Shown here in pieces: positions 1 to 10,316 of a stretch of 64,000 bases of DNA (the first letter of the stretch is position 1; each line of letters opens with the position of its first letter). The stretch comes from Hyaloraphidium curvatum SAG 235-1 (Eukaryota > Fungi > Monoblepharomycota), in contig JAIVFI010000002.1 in NCBI GenBank assembly GCA_025558095.1, forward strand, positions 248,001 through 312,000, read 5' to 3'. The notes under the pieces were generated by a model. It did not search any database. It worked only from the letters and a program-made list of their open reading frames with translations, and was not told the DNA's origin. The translations under genes and the position numbers were made by a program.

Positions 1-165
1 GCGATATAGTTGAGCAGGCGGCCGTTACGCCGAGGACTGCTCGCCCGGTCGAGCCGGGGTGGATGCCCCGCGGGCGCCCAGGGCCCAATCGATTCAGCGG
101 GAACCGCATTTCCCGCCGATGACCAAACCGCGCAATCGGCCGCTCCCAACCCAATCTCCGCGGCA

Positions 166-2187
166 ATGCTGTCCCCGCGCCTTTCCTGCGCGGCGTGCGG
201 GGCGGGCGTCGCGGCGGCGTGGGCGGCGTGCGGGCGGTGCGGCGCGGCGGCCGTCGGGGCGGCGCGGGCGCCGGAGGGGACTCCCCGCGACCCGTTGGCC
301 TTTTTCCGGGCGCTGGAGGAGTCGGCGGCGCGGTGGGCGGGCGGCGCACCCTTCCCGGCTGCGACCGGGCGCCGGGCCGCCGGGGACGCGCTGTCCCTCG
401 CCGGGTTCGCGCTGCCCTCGCCGGTCGCCGGCCCGCCCGACGCCCCGCACCTCACGGCCGAGGCCCGCTTCCTTTTCTTGAAGGCTTTCTCTGACAGAGT
501 CCCGCGGGGTGCCGCCGCACCGGTTCACCCGCGGGCGTTCCGCGCCTGCTTCGTTCGCGGCCCCGACTCGCCAGACCCGGACGGCTGGTACTTTCGCGCA
601 GCAACAGACCCGCTGTATGTCGACACAATGTGCTGGATCGGGGCTAGGATGGTGCGCTCGGGGGCACACCCCGGCCTTTTCCTGGGCCGCTATTCGCACG
701 CTCACGACCTGAACGGTACCGTTCGCGCCCTCCAGGCCGTCGTGCAGCGAGGCCTGCGCGACAGGCTCGCGGACTTTTGGGCAGACGTCGCGGATGGCAT
801 CCGCTCCAGCGCTGCAGTGACCGGGGAGCGCCTGCGGACGCCGGCCAACTACGCCCTGATGCGGTCGCTCATCGTCTGTGCCGCCTTCTGCTTCCTGCCC
901 ATGGGCCAGGTGGTGACCGCACGGGCGACCTTCGCGCTGGTAGCCAGCATGTGGGTCCACACAGGCATCGAGGGGACGGGCCCCGCGCGGGCGGCCAGCA
1001 TGACGGTCGACGACTGGCTCTGCCGCGAGCACTGGGTCCGCACCTTCTGGGTCACGGCCACCTTCGAGCTCACCCTGGCGGCGGGCTCCCAGACGCGGCC
1101 CGCCTTCGACGTGGTCGAGTACCCGAACGTGCCGCTGCCGGCCTCGGACGAGGCCTTTCACTCGGTGATGCCGTCGGGCGCCGGCGGCCCCGACCCGACG
1201 CCGGTCGCCCGGCTCCTAGCCCAGGCACCCTCTTTCCGCGTGCGCGAGGTCTTTGCGTGGATGGACCCCTCCCTGGCCCCTCCTTTCCCGGCGGGCGCGC
1301 GCTCCATGGTGCTCTTGCGCCTCATCGGGGATGTCGAGCGCAGCATGACTACCTTCACCGCCGCCATCGACAGCTACCTCCTGGTGCAGGTGCACGCCTT
1401 CTGGAAGTGGGCGTCCGAAGACGCGGCACTGCTCCCCCTGGAGGTGCTCGTCGGGGAGCACCTCCTCTCCGCGGGCGCCGGCTCCTCCTCGCCGTCCCTG
1501 CGGCTCCGCGCCGCCGGCATCAGCGAGACCGAAGCCGCCTACATCCTGTCGCACCCGCACCTCCGCGCCGCCGTCTCCCGCCTCGCCTTCCTCCGCTCGG
1601 CCCTGGACGCGCTCGAATCCGCGCTCCCTCCGCGCATCCGCAACTCGGAAGACCCCCTCTCCGCCCCGCAGCTCGCATCGTTCGACGCCGTGCAGAGGCA
1701 CAAGCTCCTCGCACACATCGCTTCGGTCCGCCTCGCGGGCATGCTCCTGTCTTCCCCCGGGCCCCCAGACCAGCTCGCGCAGGACGCGCCCCCGGGCACC
1801 CTGGCAGCCTGGTCCGCGCTCCCCGCCTTTGTCGACGCCTCGCAGCGCGCGGTGCTCGTGGCCCGGACCATGCGCGTGCTGCTGGCCCGCTTCGGCCCGC
1901 GGGACCACGCCTCCAACCTGCAGCTCCCCGTCATCTGCTCCGCCGCCTCGCACGCGGGCGCGTTCCACGCCCTGCTGCTGCGCCGGGGCGGGGACCGGAC
2001 CGGGGAGGCGAGGGATGGGCTGGCGGCGTGCGCGGGGATGCTGAGGGCCAGCGGGAGGAAGGACGCGGCGGAGGCGGCGGGTGTGCTGGAGAGACTGGCG
2101 GCGGGTGGGATTGTTGGAGGGGACGAGAGGGAGGTGGTGCTGATGACGAGGGAGGCGGCGGGGGAGGACGAGGAGGGGGAAGGCTGA
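166..2187 (+). CDS. Fungal transcription-factor-like protein: N-terminal CxxC-x10-CxxC zinc ribbon plus Fungal_trans-like middle homology region
   Basis: ATG at 166 (MLSPRLSCAACGAGVAAAWAACGRCG). The central WLCREHWVRTFWVTATFEL...VPLPASDEAF resembles the Rxx(F/W)W...LP.D motif of the fungal TF regulatory domain and aligns with WLRDEMVLRAWIVLASIEQ...LPLPSHEVFF of the 7472-9694 TF. Coding-like C/G third positions. Confidence 0.7.
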   Translation: MLSPRLSCAACGAGVAAAWAACGRCGAAAVGAARAPEGTPRDPLAFFRALEESAARWAGGAPFPAATGRRAAGDALSLAGFALPSPVAGPPDAPHLTAEARFLFLKAFSDRVPRGAAAPVHPRAFRACFVRGPDSPDPDGWYFRAATDPLYVDTMCWIGARMVRSGAHPGLFLGRYSHAHDLNGTVRALQAVVQRGLRDRLADFWADVADGIRSSAAVTGERLRTPANYALMRSLIVCAAFCFLPMGQVVTARATFALVASMWVHTGIEGTGPARAASMTVDDWLCREHWVRTFWVTATFELTLAAGSQTRPAFDVVEYPNVPLPASDEAFHSVMPSGAGGPDPTPVARLLAQAPSFRVREVFAWMDPSLAPPFPAGARSMVLLRLIGDVERSMTTFTAAIDSYLLVQVHAFWKWASEDAALLPLEVLVGEHLLSAGAGSSSPSLRLRAAGISETEAAYILSHPHLRAAVSRLAFLRSALDALESALPPRIRNSEDPLSAPQLASFDAVQRHKLLAHIASVRLAGMLLSSPGPPDQLAQDAPPGTLAAWSALPAFVDASQRAVLVARTMRVLLARFGPRDHASNLQLPVICSAASHAGAFHALLLRRGGDRTGEARDGLAACAGMLRASGRKDAAEAAGVLERLAAGGIVGGDEREVVLMTREAAGEDEEGEG

Positions 2188-2426
2188 TGTGTCCTGGATT
2201 CGGGGGAACGCGAATCGAAAGACCAAGAAGAAGGTTTCTCTGGGTATCCCTCCCACACCTTCCGCCAGTCATTGAGTGCACCGGCACCGAAGTCAACTGG
2301 GCGCAAGACGTGAGCCCCTGGACCGGATGAACAACCAGAAGATCTGTGCAAGCGAATTCGATTACGGAGCTCTCTACACTAGATCGCCCGGCTTCTAGGG
2401 ACATCCGTCCTTTTTCAGCAGCGGCT

Positions 2427-4428
2427 TCAAGCCGAGGCGCTGCCCCAGGCAGGCACCTTGGCCGACTCGAGCCCGTCCACAAGCCTCTGCTTGATGAACG
2501 CGTCCTCCTCCTGGCGCTTCTTGTCCTTGCGGCGCATGGCCAGCAGGACGAAGAGGGTGCAGCAGGCGGCGAGCAGGGCGAGGGTGCCGATGACGATGGC
2601 GGCGATGACGAGGGCCTCGTTGGAGGAGGTGGCGGCGGCCGGCTGGGCGACGGGGGCGACGGGGGCGGTGGTGGGCTGGGTCTGCACCGCGTTCGGGTTC
2701 GGCGGCACCGTCAGGGCGGCGTTGGCGTTCTGGTTGCTCGTGGTGGTCTGACGGAGGGCCGGGGCGGGCACCTGCACGTCACGGGCGAGGAGACGGCGGC
2801 GGCGCTGGCCGGCGGCGGACTGCTGGTCGAAGTAGATGCGGAAGGTGGCGTAGAAGGTGTAGTCCTGGGAGGGGAAGGGGCGTAAGCGACCGATCGAGTG
2901 CAGCCCGCATGCGTCCGCTACTCACGGTGATCGAGTCGAAGTCGTCGGTGGTCAGGAACGAGTTGTCGTTGAAGTCGACGCCGGCCTGCTTGGGCAGCAT
3001 GTTCGGCGTGACTTTCATCTCCACGACGTTCGGGTCGGCCGTGGGCAGGTACGTGAAGTTGGTGTTCACCGCGAGGGTCGAGAGGGCACCGACGGCGGCG
3101 GGGCCGGCGGCCGAGTCGACGAGCGTGGTGTTCACATTGCGGGTCACGGTGGTGGCGGCGCCGATGTTGGGCGTGCGCTCGACCTTGTTGCGGCCGAGGA
3201 TCATCTTGGTCAGGCGGGCCTCGTAGATGGGCAGGTCGGGCGAGGTGAAGGTGGCCGTGAGCAGGACGGTGTCGCCGAAGAAGTAGCCCTGGGGCTTGTC
3301 CGCAACCATCACGCCGGTGACCGAGGCGACCGTGTTCAGGAGGGCGTTGCAGAGGTCGAGCTCGAGGGCACCCGAGGCGTTGGGCGTGCCGATGAGAGCA
3401 TTGGCCGTGAGGACCTTGCCCGTGCAGGTGTTTGTGTTTGCCGCGCCGGGGAAGCAGTTGGTATCGAAGTTGAACGCGTAGGTGCCGCCGACGTTGCACA
3501 CGTCCCCGATGGCGATCTTGAGCTGGCCGTTCTGGTAGCAGAAGTCCTGGGTGGTGAAGGCCGTGCTTGACGAACCGTCGGTCTTGACGCAGGTGGGCAG
3601 GGTGTACGAGACGACCTCGACCGAGCCGGTGTAGCCGGGCAGGCTGATGTAGCCCGAGTCGGCGTCAAGGGTCAGGTTGTTGGGCCACCTGGAGAGAGGG
3701 GAGGTCAGATCGGCTCTCGGAGCCTGCGCCCGCCAAAGCGCACCTCGAGAACATGGTAAAGTCGACAATAAGGAAGCGCTGCCCGTCGGTGATGTCGTAC
3801 GACAGCCCCGTCAGGTTGAAGTTCTTGATGCCCGACTCCTCGAGGACCTTGATGTCGGTCTGCACGTTCACGGTCGTGGGCAGGGCGATCGACACCGGGT
3901 AGGCGTAGCGCGAGGCCTGGCGGTTGCCGCCGGGGAAGGCGTCCTGCCACTCGAGGTAGACCGTGTTGTTGCGGACCTCGTAGCCGGGGCGGCTCGTAGT
4001 GTCGGGGTTCGACCAGGCGCAGCCGCGGAGCGAGCGCCATGTGCCCGACAGGGTGAAGTCGTAGCGGCAGGTGCCGGTGCTGCCGACCGAGTCGGCGACG
4101 CAGGCGGCCGTGCCGTGCATCTCCTTGCCGAGGTACATGGTCATCTTGCGGCCGGTGACGGGCTTGGTCCACGCGGCGACCGTGATGTCGGCGCGGGTCA
4201 TGTTGGTCCGGGCCGTGTCGACCTAAAAGCACCATCAGCGGCTGCCCAGCGCGTCTAGAGACCAGTCAGGCTCACCTGAGGGGCGTTGGTGCCCGGCTGG
4301 CCGGAGGTGCAGCCCGAGAGGGCGGCGAGCTCGGAGCGTCCCGTCCACGAGACGCCCTGGGCGTCGGAGCGCCCGACGAGGGCCAGCACGGCGGCGCCGG
4401 CGGCAGCGAGGTACGAGGTGGCGCGCAT
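2427..4428 (-). CDS. Spliced type I membrane/secreted glycoprotein (~610 aa) with signal peptide, beta-rich ectodomain, RRRR cleavage site, TM helix and short tail (ZP-like architecture)
   Basis: Exons 4428-4276, 4222-3744, 3688-2926, 2864-2427. Introns 4275-4223 (GTGAG..TAG), 3743-3689 (GTGCGC..CAG) and 2925-2865 (GTGAGT..CAG) join four ORF pieces in frame. Signal peptide MRATSYLAAAGAAVLALVGRSDAQ; TM ALVIAAIVIGTLALLAACCTLFVLLAM followed by RRKDKKR; several N-x-S/T sequons. Confidence 0.85.
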
Positions 4429-5415
4429 GATGTCGGCGGCGCTGGTCGGCAAGGGTGTGATGGGGGGCGGTGCGGGGAGTCCGCGTCCTTTTGAACCGAG
4501 GCCGTAGGGACCGCCAGAGTAGGGACCAACCGACCGACGTCCGAAAAGACCCTACGGTCCCAAGCGTCCCTACGACTCCTGGCCGCGGATGCAGCCGAGG
4601 CGACCACCGCCGAATCGGAGGAGGCCCAACGTTCTGTTGCCGGAAGGACTGGAAGGCCGGATGGACCCTCCGAACCCCAGGGACTGGTGGCGTGCGCGAG
4701 GAAGGACACGGTGGAGACGGCGGGGTTGCTGGTTGGCAGCTGGCGGGACTATTGGAGGGGACGAGAAGGATGAGGTGCGAATGACGAGAGGTGACGCGAG
4801 AGAGGGAGGAGGGTGGTGCACAGGCTGATACGCTAAGTCAAATGTGATGGGTGGAAAGGTGCTCCTCATCGACAATGCTATGGCCGGTCACTTGCACAGT
4901 CAGGTTGAACCGTTCGAGCTCATTATCGGATTCTTGGGCTCTATGGTAAGGGGCGATGCCTTCGAGCTCCGCCCCGCAAGTCGCCGGACAGCCGATCCCC
5001 TGCAAGGTCACGCGAAGCCAGCTCCGTGCGGGCGGAAGCGCACTGGCGGCCCGACCATCTTGCGGTGCTAGAAGACCCGGTGTCGACGTTCGGCGGCCGC
5101 ATCGGCCCGTGCGGGTGGGATGGAGATAGGGCGGGGATCGAGACCTCCTGGGGACCTCGGACCACCGACCTTGCATCTGCTCGAGCCAGCCTACAGCGGA
5201 ACCGTGTTCCGATGCCAGGATCATTACGATGGAGGACACCCTAGCCATCTTTCGCACTGCACACTCAGTGTTCTCCTCCGATCCAATGATGGTTCGCGAG
5301 TCTGGATTGGGGTCCGGAGATGCACTCGCCACTCCGTTTCCCCGACATTTCCCGCCCCTGGCCGTCTTCGATTTCGCTTTTCCCAAACCACTTCGAAAGC
5401 TGCACATCCCGCACA

Positions 5416-6030
5416 ATGGTGGGGAAACCGCAGCGCTCGGCCGCCGCTCCACGCCCCTCCGCCACGCCCGCGCGCCCGCCTGCCAGCGACGACCCCTCCG
5501 CCATCGCCCGCCGCGCGCAGGCGCTCTCCGACGTCCTGCGTGCCCTCCAATCCGCCCGTCCCGCACGGACAGGGAGCGCCCCGCCCGGCCCCCGTTCGGA
5601 CTTTATGGCCCTCGCCTCGCGCACGCTCCCGCCGCGCTTCCGCAACGGCGTCGACGTCCGACGCACGGGGTTCGCCAGCGCGTTCCCCGACGCGTACCTC
5701 GAGGGACACAGCGTTCCCGCGTGCCCGCACGGAAACGGAGGGCGGATTTTCTGCACGGCGTGCCACCGGCGTTTCGAGGGACCGGACGGCGACGGGTCGG
5801 ACGCGGAAGAGGAGGAGTCGCCCGATGGGGATCAGGAGGCGCCCCTCCGCTGGGCCATGCTATCTCCTACCGTGCCGTCGCCGTCAAACCTGGTAGACTC
5901 CACGCTGGGCACGTCGTCTTTCGCGGAGTCATCATCGGACGTATCAAGCAGCACCAGCAGCGGCCGATGGACTCTGCCAGAGCCAGCAGCCGGCGGGCCT
6001 TCAAAGCTTGGCTCCGGTTCAGCGACGTAA
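5416..6030 (+). CDS. Small hypothetical protein with CPH-x7-CxxC motif and acidic/Ser-rich tail
   Basis: ATG at 5416 (MVGKPQRS...). Contains CPHGNGGRIFCTACH followed by DGDGSDAEEEESPDGD. Divergent from the 2427-4428 gene. No recognised family. Confidence 0.4.
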   Translation: MVGKPQRSAAAPRPSATPARPPASDDPSAIARRAQALSDVLRALQSARPARTGSAPPGPRSDFMALASRTLPPRFRNGVDVRRTGFASAFPDAYLEGHSVPACPHGNGGRIFCTACHRRFEGPDGDGSDAEEEESPDGDQEAPLRWAMLSPTVPSPSNLVDSTLGTSSFAESSSDVSSSTSSGRWTLPEPAAGGPSKLGSGSAT

Positions 6031-7309
6031 CTGGATGCTGGACTTGCTATCATTAATCGTGTCAAATCGCACACGGATGCCTGAATGCCGGTGCCGTGTC
6101 ACTCTGCATCGGCCAGCCGTGCGCCGTCGGGGGGTGCGGATTATTGCTCATCGCAGCGACTTTGCGGCGACGTTGGTGGTCGGCAGCGCCGCAAGTAAAG
6201 GCACTAGGCTGGGCCGAACCGCGCTACCAATGCCGCACAATATGTTGTCGCCTCACTTTCACCAGATTCACCCGATTACAAGGATGACCGCGATCCTCGA
6301 CGGAAAGCCGAAAGCGGCACCTAACCGCCGTTACGCCGTCCGGAGTCCGCTTTCCGCCGCGGTCACCAATAGTCGCGCAGGTCGGGCAGCCTGTAAGACA
6401 GCTCGCCCGAGTCCTGTGCCCCACCGGCGTGCGGGTCCTGCAACCATGGTGTCGAACCAAGGGAAAATGGCGGTGGCAGCTTCCTGGAGGCTTGAGTTCC
6501 GCCCTCAAAATCGGCGCAGTCGGCCTCGCCGTCCTGGGCATCGTCGCCATCCGCTGCCTGGGCCCCTCGCTGTGCCGCACGGCCGCTGCCGGCATGGCAT
6601 CCGCCCTCATCCGCAGTGCTCTCCCCATTGCCGTCGTCGTCATCGTCCCATCGCAGCGGAGCGAACCACCGCGCACCCCCGGCGGGCCCCGGCGCGCCGC
6701 GACCGTCCGAGGCGTCCACTACGCTCGATAACTGATCCGGCACCCCATGCGTCTGCCCCGTCCCGGGGGTGCCGAAAAGGCACCCCCAGCACGGCGCCGC
6801 CTCTCCGTGGGCAGGCGGCCCGTGCCCGCAGCCCTCCGGTCCGCCGTCAGCACGTCGCTCGAAGGTGGGCAGGGCCAGCACGCCTCGCAGGTCCCTCGGC
6901 AGGCTGCCGGAGAACCGCACGTCCAGCACGGGCCGAGGGGGCAGCGGGAGCGACAGCCCCCATGCCCCTTGAAGCGGGGGCACGGGAAAGGGCAGCGCAC
7001 GTGCGCTCGGCCGGCGGTCGGAGTACAGGGTAGATGACATGGCCAGCATCCGACGGCGATCCGGTGCACAGGGTCTCGCTCGTTTGGTTTGTTTGCGGTG
7101 GTTCCACTAATCCATGGGCGCCAACCGCACCGGGCCGCACAAGGGACGTTCATGCGGCCGGCGAAGCGTGCATTCTCATCGCCGAAGGATGCACTCCCGC
7201 GACCGGCAGCTTGCCATCAATTACCGCCTAGATGGCCGTGCGAACGGTGGCGCCGGCCGCGCGGCCAGAGCCCAAAGTCGGGCGGGTTTCATGGCCGCTT
7301 TTGCGGTCC

Positions 7310-7372
7310 CCGCGGCAATGCGGACCTCCAAATCTCCCGCGGCAATGCGGACCTCCGAATCTCCGTGGCAAC
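7310..7372. repeat. 27-bp tandem repeat, 2 copies plus a partial third (CCGCGGCAATGCGGACCTCC[A/G]AATCTC)
   Basis: Direct inspection: units start at 7310 and 7337 with one mismatch; degenerate partial copy at ~7363. Confidence 0.85.
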
Positions 7373-7471
7373 TCGACCAAGACCTCCCGCGCGAAAGGAA
7401 CATTAATCGAAGCCGAACCATTCGATGGCGTGTGGAATGTACCCGACCTTCGCCAACATCGACCTTGTCGT

Positions 7472-9694
7472 TCATTCGCCGGCCTCGTCGACCTCGAGGT
7501 ACCGCTTCATGTCCTCCTCCGGCACCAGTACCGCCGCCGCGATCGCCGCAGCCGGATCGTCCGGCTCGATCGTCCCTCCGACACCCATTCCCAGGCGAAC
7601 GCGCACGCCGGGTTCCTGATGCACGGCCCCGGCCCCGTCGGGAACGAGCCCGCACGATGCCATGGCCACCCGGAAGTTGGCCGCGATCTTCCTCGCGCAT
7701 GGTCCGTGCCGCCTCCCGAGCCATCCGAGCACCCGCGCCGTAACGCGGGCGTCGTGCTCGAACCCGGCCGCGGCGGCAGGGTCCGCGCCGGATCGTCGCA
7801 CAAGCCTGGCGGCGGCGAGTCCCAGCGAGCCCAGGCGCAGGGCGGGGTTGGCGAGGATGATGTGCGCCAGCGCGCAGTCGGGGTCCGCGGCTTGGAGCCC
7901 CGCGAGGGTCCGCGAGAGGAGCACGGCGCTCTCCATCAGCTGGACCAGCGCAGGCCAAGATATCAGCACCTGCCCGGTACCCCTTGGTACTACTGCGTGG
8001 AAGTGCTGCTCCATCTGCATCGCATGCAGGGTGGCGGCGACGCTGACGGCGGCGGCCGCGTGCGCATGATCAGCGAAAAAGTCCCGCCAGCGGCCCAGGA
8101 GCGGCTCCGGGATGCCCTCGGCGAGGTTGGCACCGATCTCGCGAGGCATGGAGGAAAAAAAGGTGCTTTGAGCGGCTGCAAAAGCGGCCACGAGCCCAGC
8201 GTAGGCGCGCTCGGCGGGGCTGAGATCCGATTCTGGCCTGCTAGTGATTGTCGCGGGATTCTGGCCTTTGGCGGCGGCCAGTGGGCGCATGCGAATCCGA
8301 AGGGAGCGGCAGAGGCTGCCGACATGGTAGAAGGCCAGAAAACTAGCCCGACAGGAGAAGACCGGCTCCACGAGATCGCGAACCACGAGAGCCGCTGCTT
8401 CGGGCGTCGGGTTCCTAGCGAACGGGGTAAAGTCCACCGGGGCGGCCCACGCACCCGAGCTACCCCGGATCGAGAGCAGCAGCCGGAAAGCCTCCTCATG
8501 ATTTGGATGCAGGAAAAAGACCTCGTGCGACGGGAGCGGCAGGCGGTGCGGCCCGAAAAACTCGGCGATCGGCTCCCTCCGCAAAGCGTAGGCGTGCGAC
8601 TGCTCGATGCTCGCCAGCACGATCCACGCCCGCAACACCATTTCGTCCCGCAGCCATCCGGCGGCATCTGAGGGCCGCCTGGACCCGACGAACTCGCCGT
8701 CCGTGCCGACCGCCATCCGCCGCAGCAGGTCGAGGCACGGCCGCGCGAGCCACGCCGCCTTGGCGGCCTGCCCCAGCGGTACCGACACGTTCCAGAGCAG
8801 CAACATGCTCTGCAGCGCCTCGAGGTCCGTCATCCGGCCGCCTTCGGGCTCGCGGTCAAGGTACCCGGCGCGGAGAAGCTCCAATGCCGCGGCGCACAGG
8901 TTGCGGGCCGCGGAAAGTCGCGCCAGCTCGTCGGGAATCACGGCTTCGGATCCGGCAGCGTCGATAAGGCCCCATGCAGCGGCGGCGAAAGCCAATGCCG
9001 CAGGGCGCTGCTCCCCGTATATCGGTCCGCCGTTGCGGACAAAGGCACTCTCGAAGGCCCCGCGGTGCAGGATCGAGACCTTGCGGTTGTGCCCCGCAAA
9101 GAAGGACGACAAGGCAGGGTACAGGATGTCGCCGATGCTGGGTTCGCCTGCCGTTGGAGCAAGAGGCGACCTTGGAGGCTTTGGGAGGGCTGGGGTCGTG
9201 GAGGTGCGCACGCGAATGACCCGAGGCCGGTCAAAGCCAGCAAAGAGGGTCCTCAGGTCGGGCTGGGTCGAATGCGAAGCGGTAGAAACGGAAGTCGAAA
9301 CGGAATGCGTGGCCTCTGGGCTGTCGCCCTGCGCGCGAGGAGTCCCGCTAGCGCCGGGGACCCGCAGCACGTCCTGCCTCGACCTGTGCCTGCTCTTCGC
9401 GGCCGCACCGTCGCCGCGCTGGCTGCTCCGCTCGAGCATCTCGCGTTTCCGGCGGGAGAGGGTGTAGTCCTGCTCGGTGCAGGGGTGGTTCCCGGCGATG
9501 CAGCGGACGCAGCGCTCCCCGGGCGCAGGACGCTCGCATTTTTTCTTGTCTTTCGAGCATTCCAGGCTGGAAACGGCGCGGCAGCGTCAACCCCGGCCGG
9601 GAGAGGGAGGCGATTCGGGGCGGCCCCACCAGCTCCTCTTTGGCAGCACGTCGGCAGCGCCCGCAGCGCTTTCGCGGCCAGCAAAGGCAAACAT
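7472..9694 (-). CDS. Zn(II)2Cys6 (GAL4-type) transcription factor with fungal TF middle homology region (~719 aa)
   Basis: Exon 1 is 9694-9630; intron 9629-9567 (GTGGGG..CAG) splits the first Cys codon. The spliced product reads KRSCLECSKDKKKCERPAPGERCVRCIAGNHPC (C-x2-C-x6-C-x8-C-x2-C-x6-C) and runs into ORF 7472..9439. Confidence 0.9.
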
Positions 9695-10316
9695 GCCGGG
9701 GCACAACGGCTGCACGCGCTGTCGGCGCCGAAACGGGTTTGTTCGGGGCTGTGGCGAGGGGCCCGAAACCGCTTGACCCGTGCTTCGCGCCCGGCCGTCC
9801 CTCTCCCTCGGAAGCCGCCCGGACGCGTCCTGCGCCCTCGCAACACGGAATCCGGCCCTGCGGCCGCTTTCAGGGCAGTCCGGCGACTGCCGTGATGGTG
9901 CCGATGATCGGGCGTTGTTTCTTTGTCGGCCAGAGACCGTGGCCTGGAACGGCGGCGAGGGATGCCGATCCGCTCCCGCCAGAGCGATCCGCCATGGCCC
10001 GTCGAACGTCGCCCATCGCTCCATCCATATGGGCTGCATCCTGTCTTCCGATGGGCCTGGAAGCGCCGGCCGCTGGCCGCTGCTGCGCTCGGGGACCAGG
10101 GGACCGCATGGCGATGCGCAGATCATGGTGGCCGTGTGGCAAACGAGCCAGAAGCATCCCGAAAAGGCAGACCCAAGTGCTTGTTTTGCTGTACATTGCG
10201 CTACATAGGCTTTTGTCCATCCCGCAAGACCCGACAGAGATTAGAGCCCCTCCCAACCCCCATACCGGCCCGGTTCCGCCCATCCAACGGGCGCCCGGAC
10301 CCGCCGCCCCATCCCC

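Noticed and set aside
777-2330. Long overlapping ORFs such as 777..2330, 7232..8671, 10500..12083, 55512..58010, 58585..60402 and 60669..62477
   Set aside because: Arg/Gly/Pro-rich shadow frames of real GC-rich genes; no domain motifs.
6008-7300. ORFs between the small 5416 gene and the Zn2Cys6 gene, including hydrophobic 6429..6731
   Set aside because: Non-ATG starts, no codon bias or recognisable motif; cannot be supported.
7310-7372. 27-bp repeat considered as a CRISPR-like array
   Set aside because: No spacers, only about 2.3 units, eukaryotic context, no cas genes.
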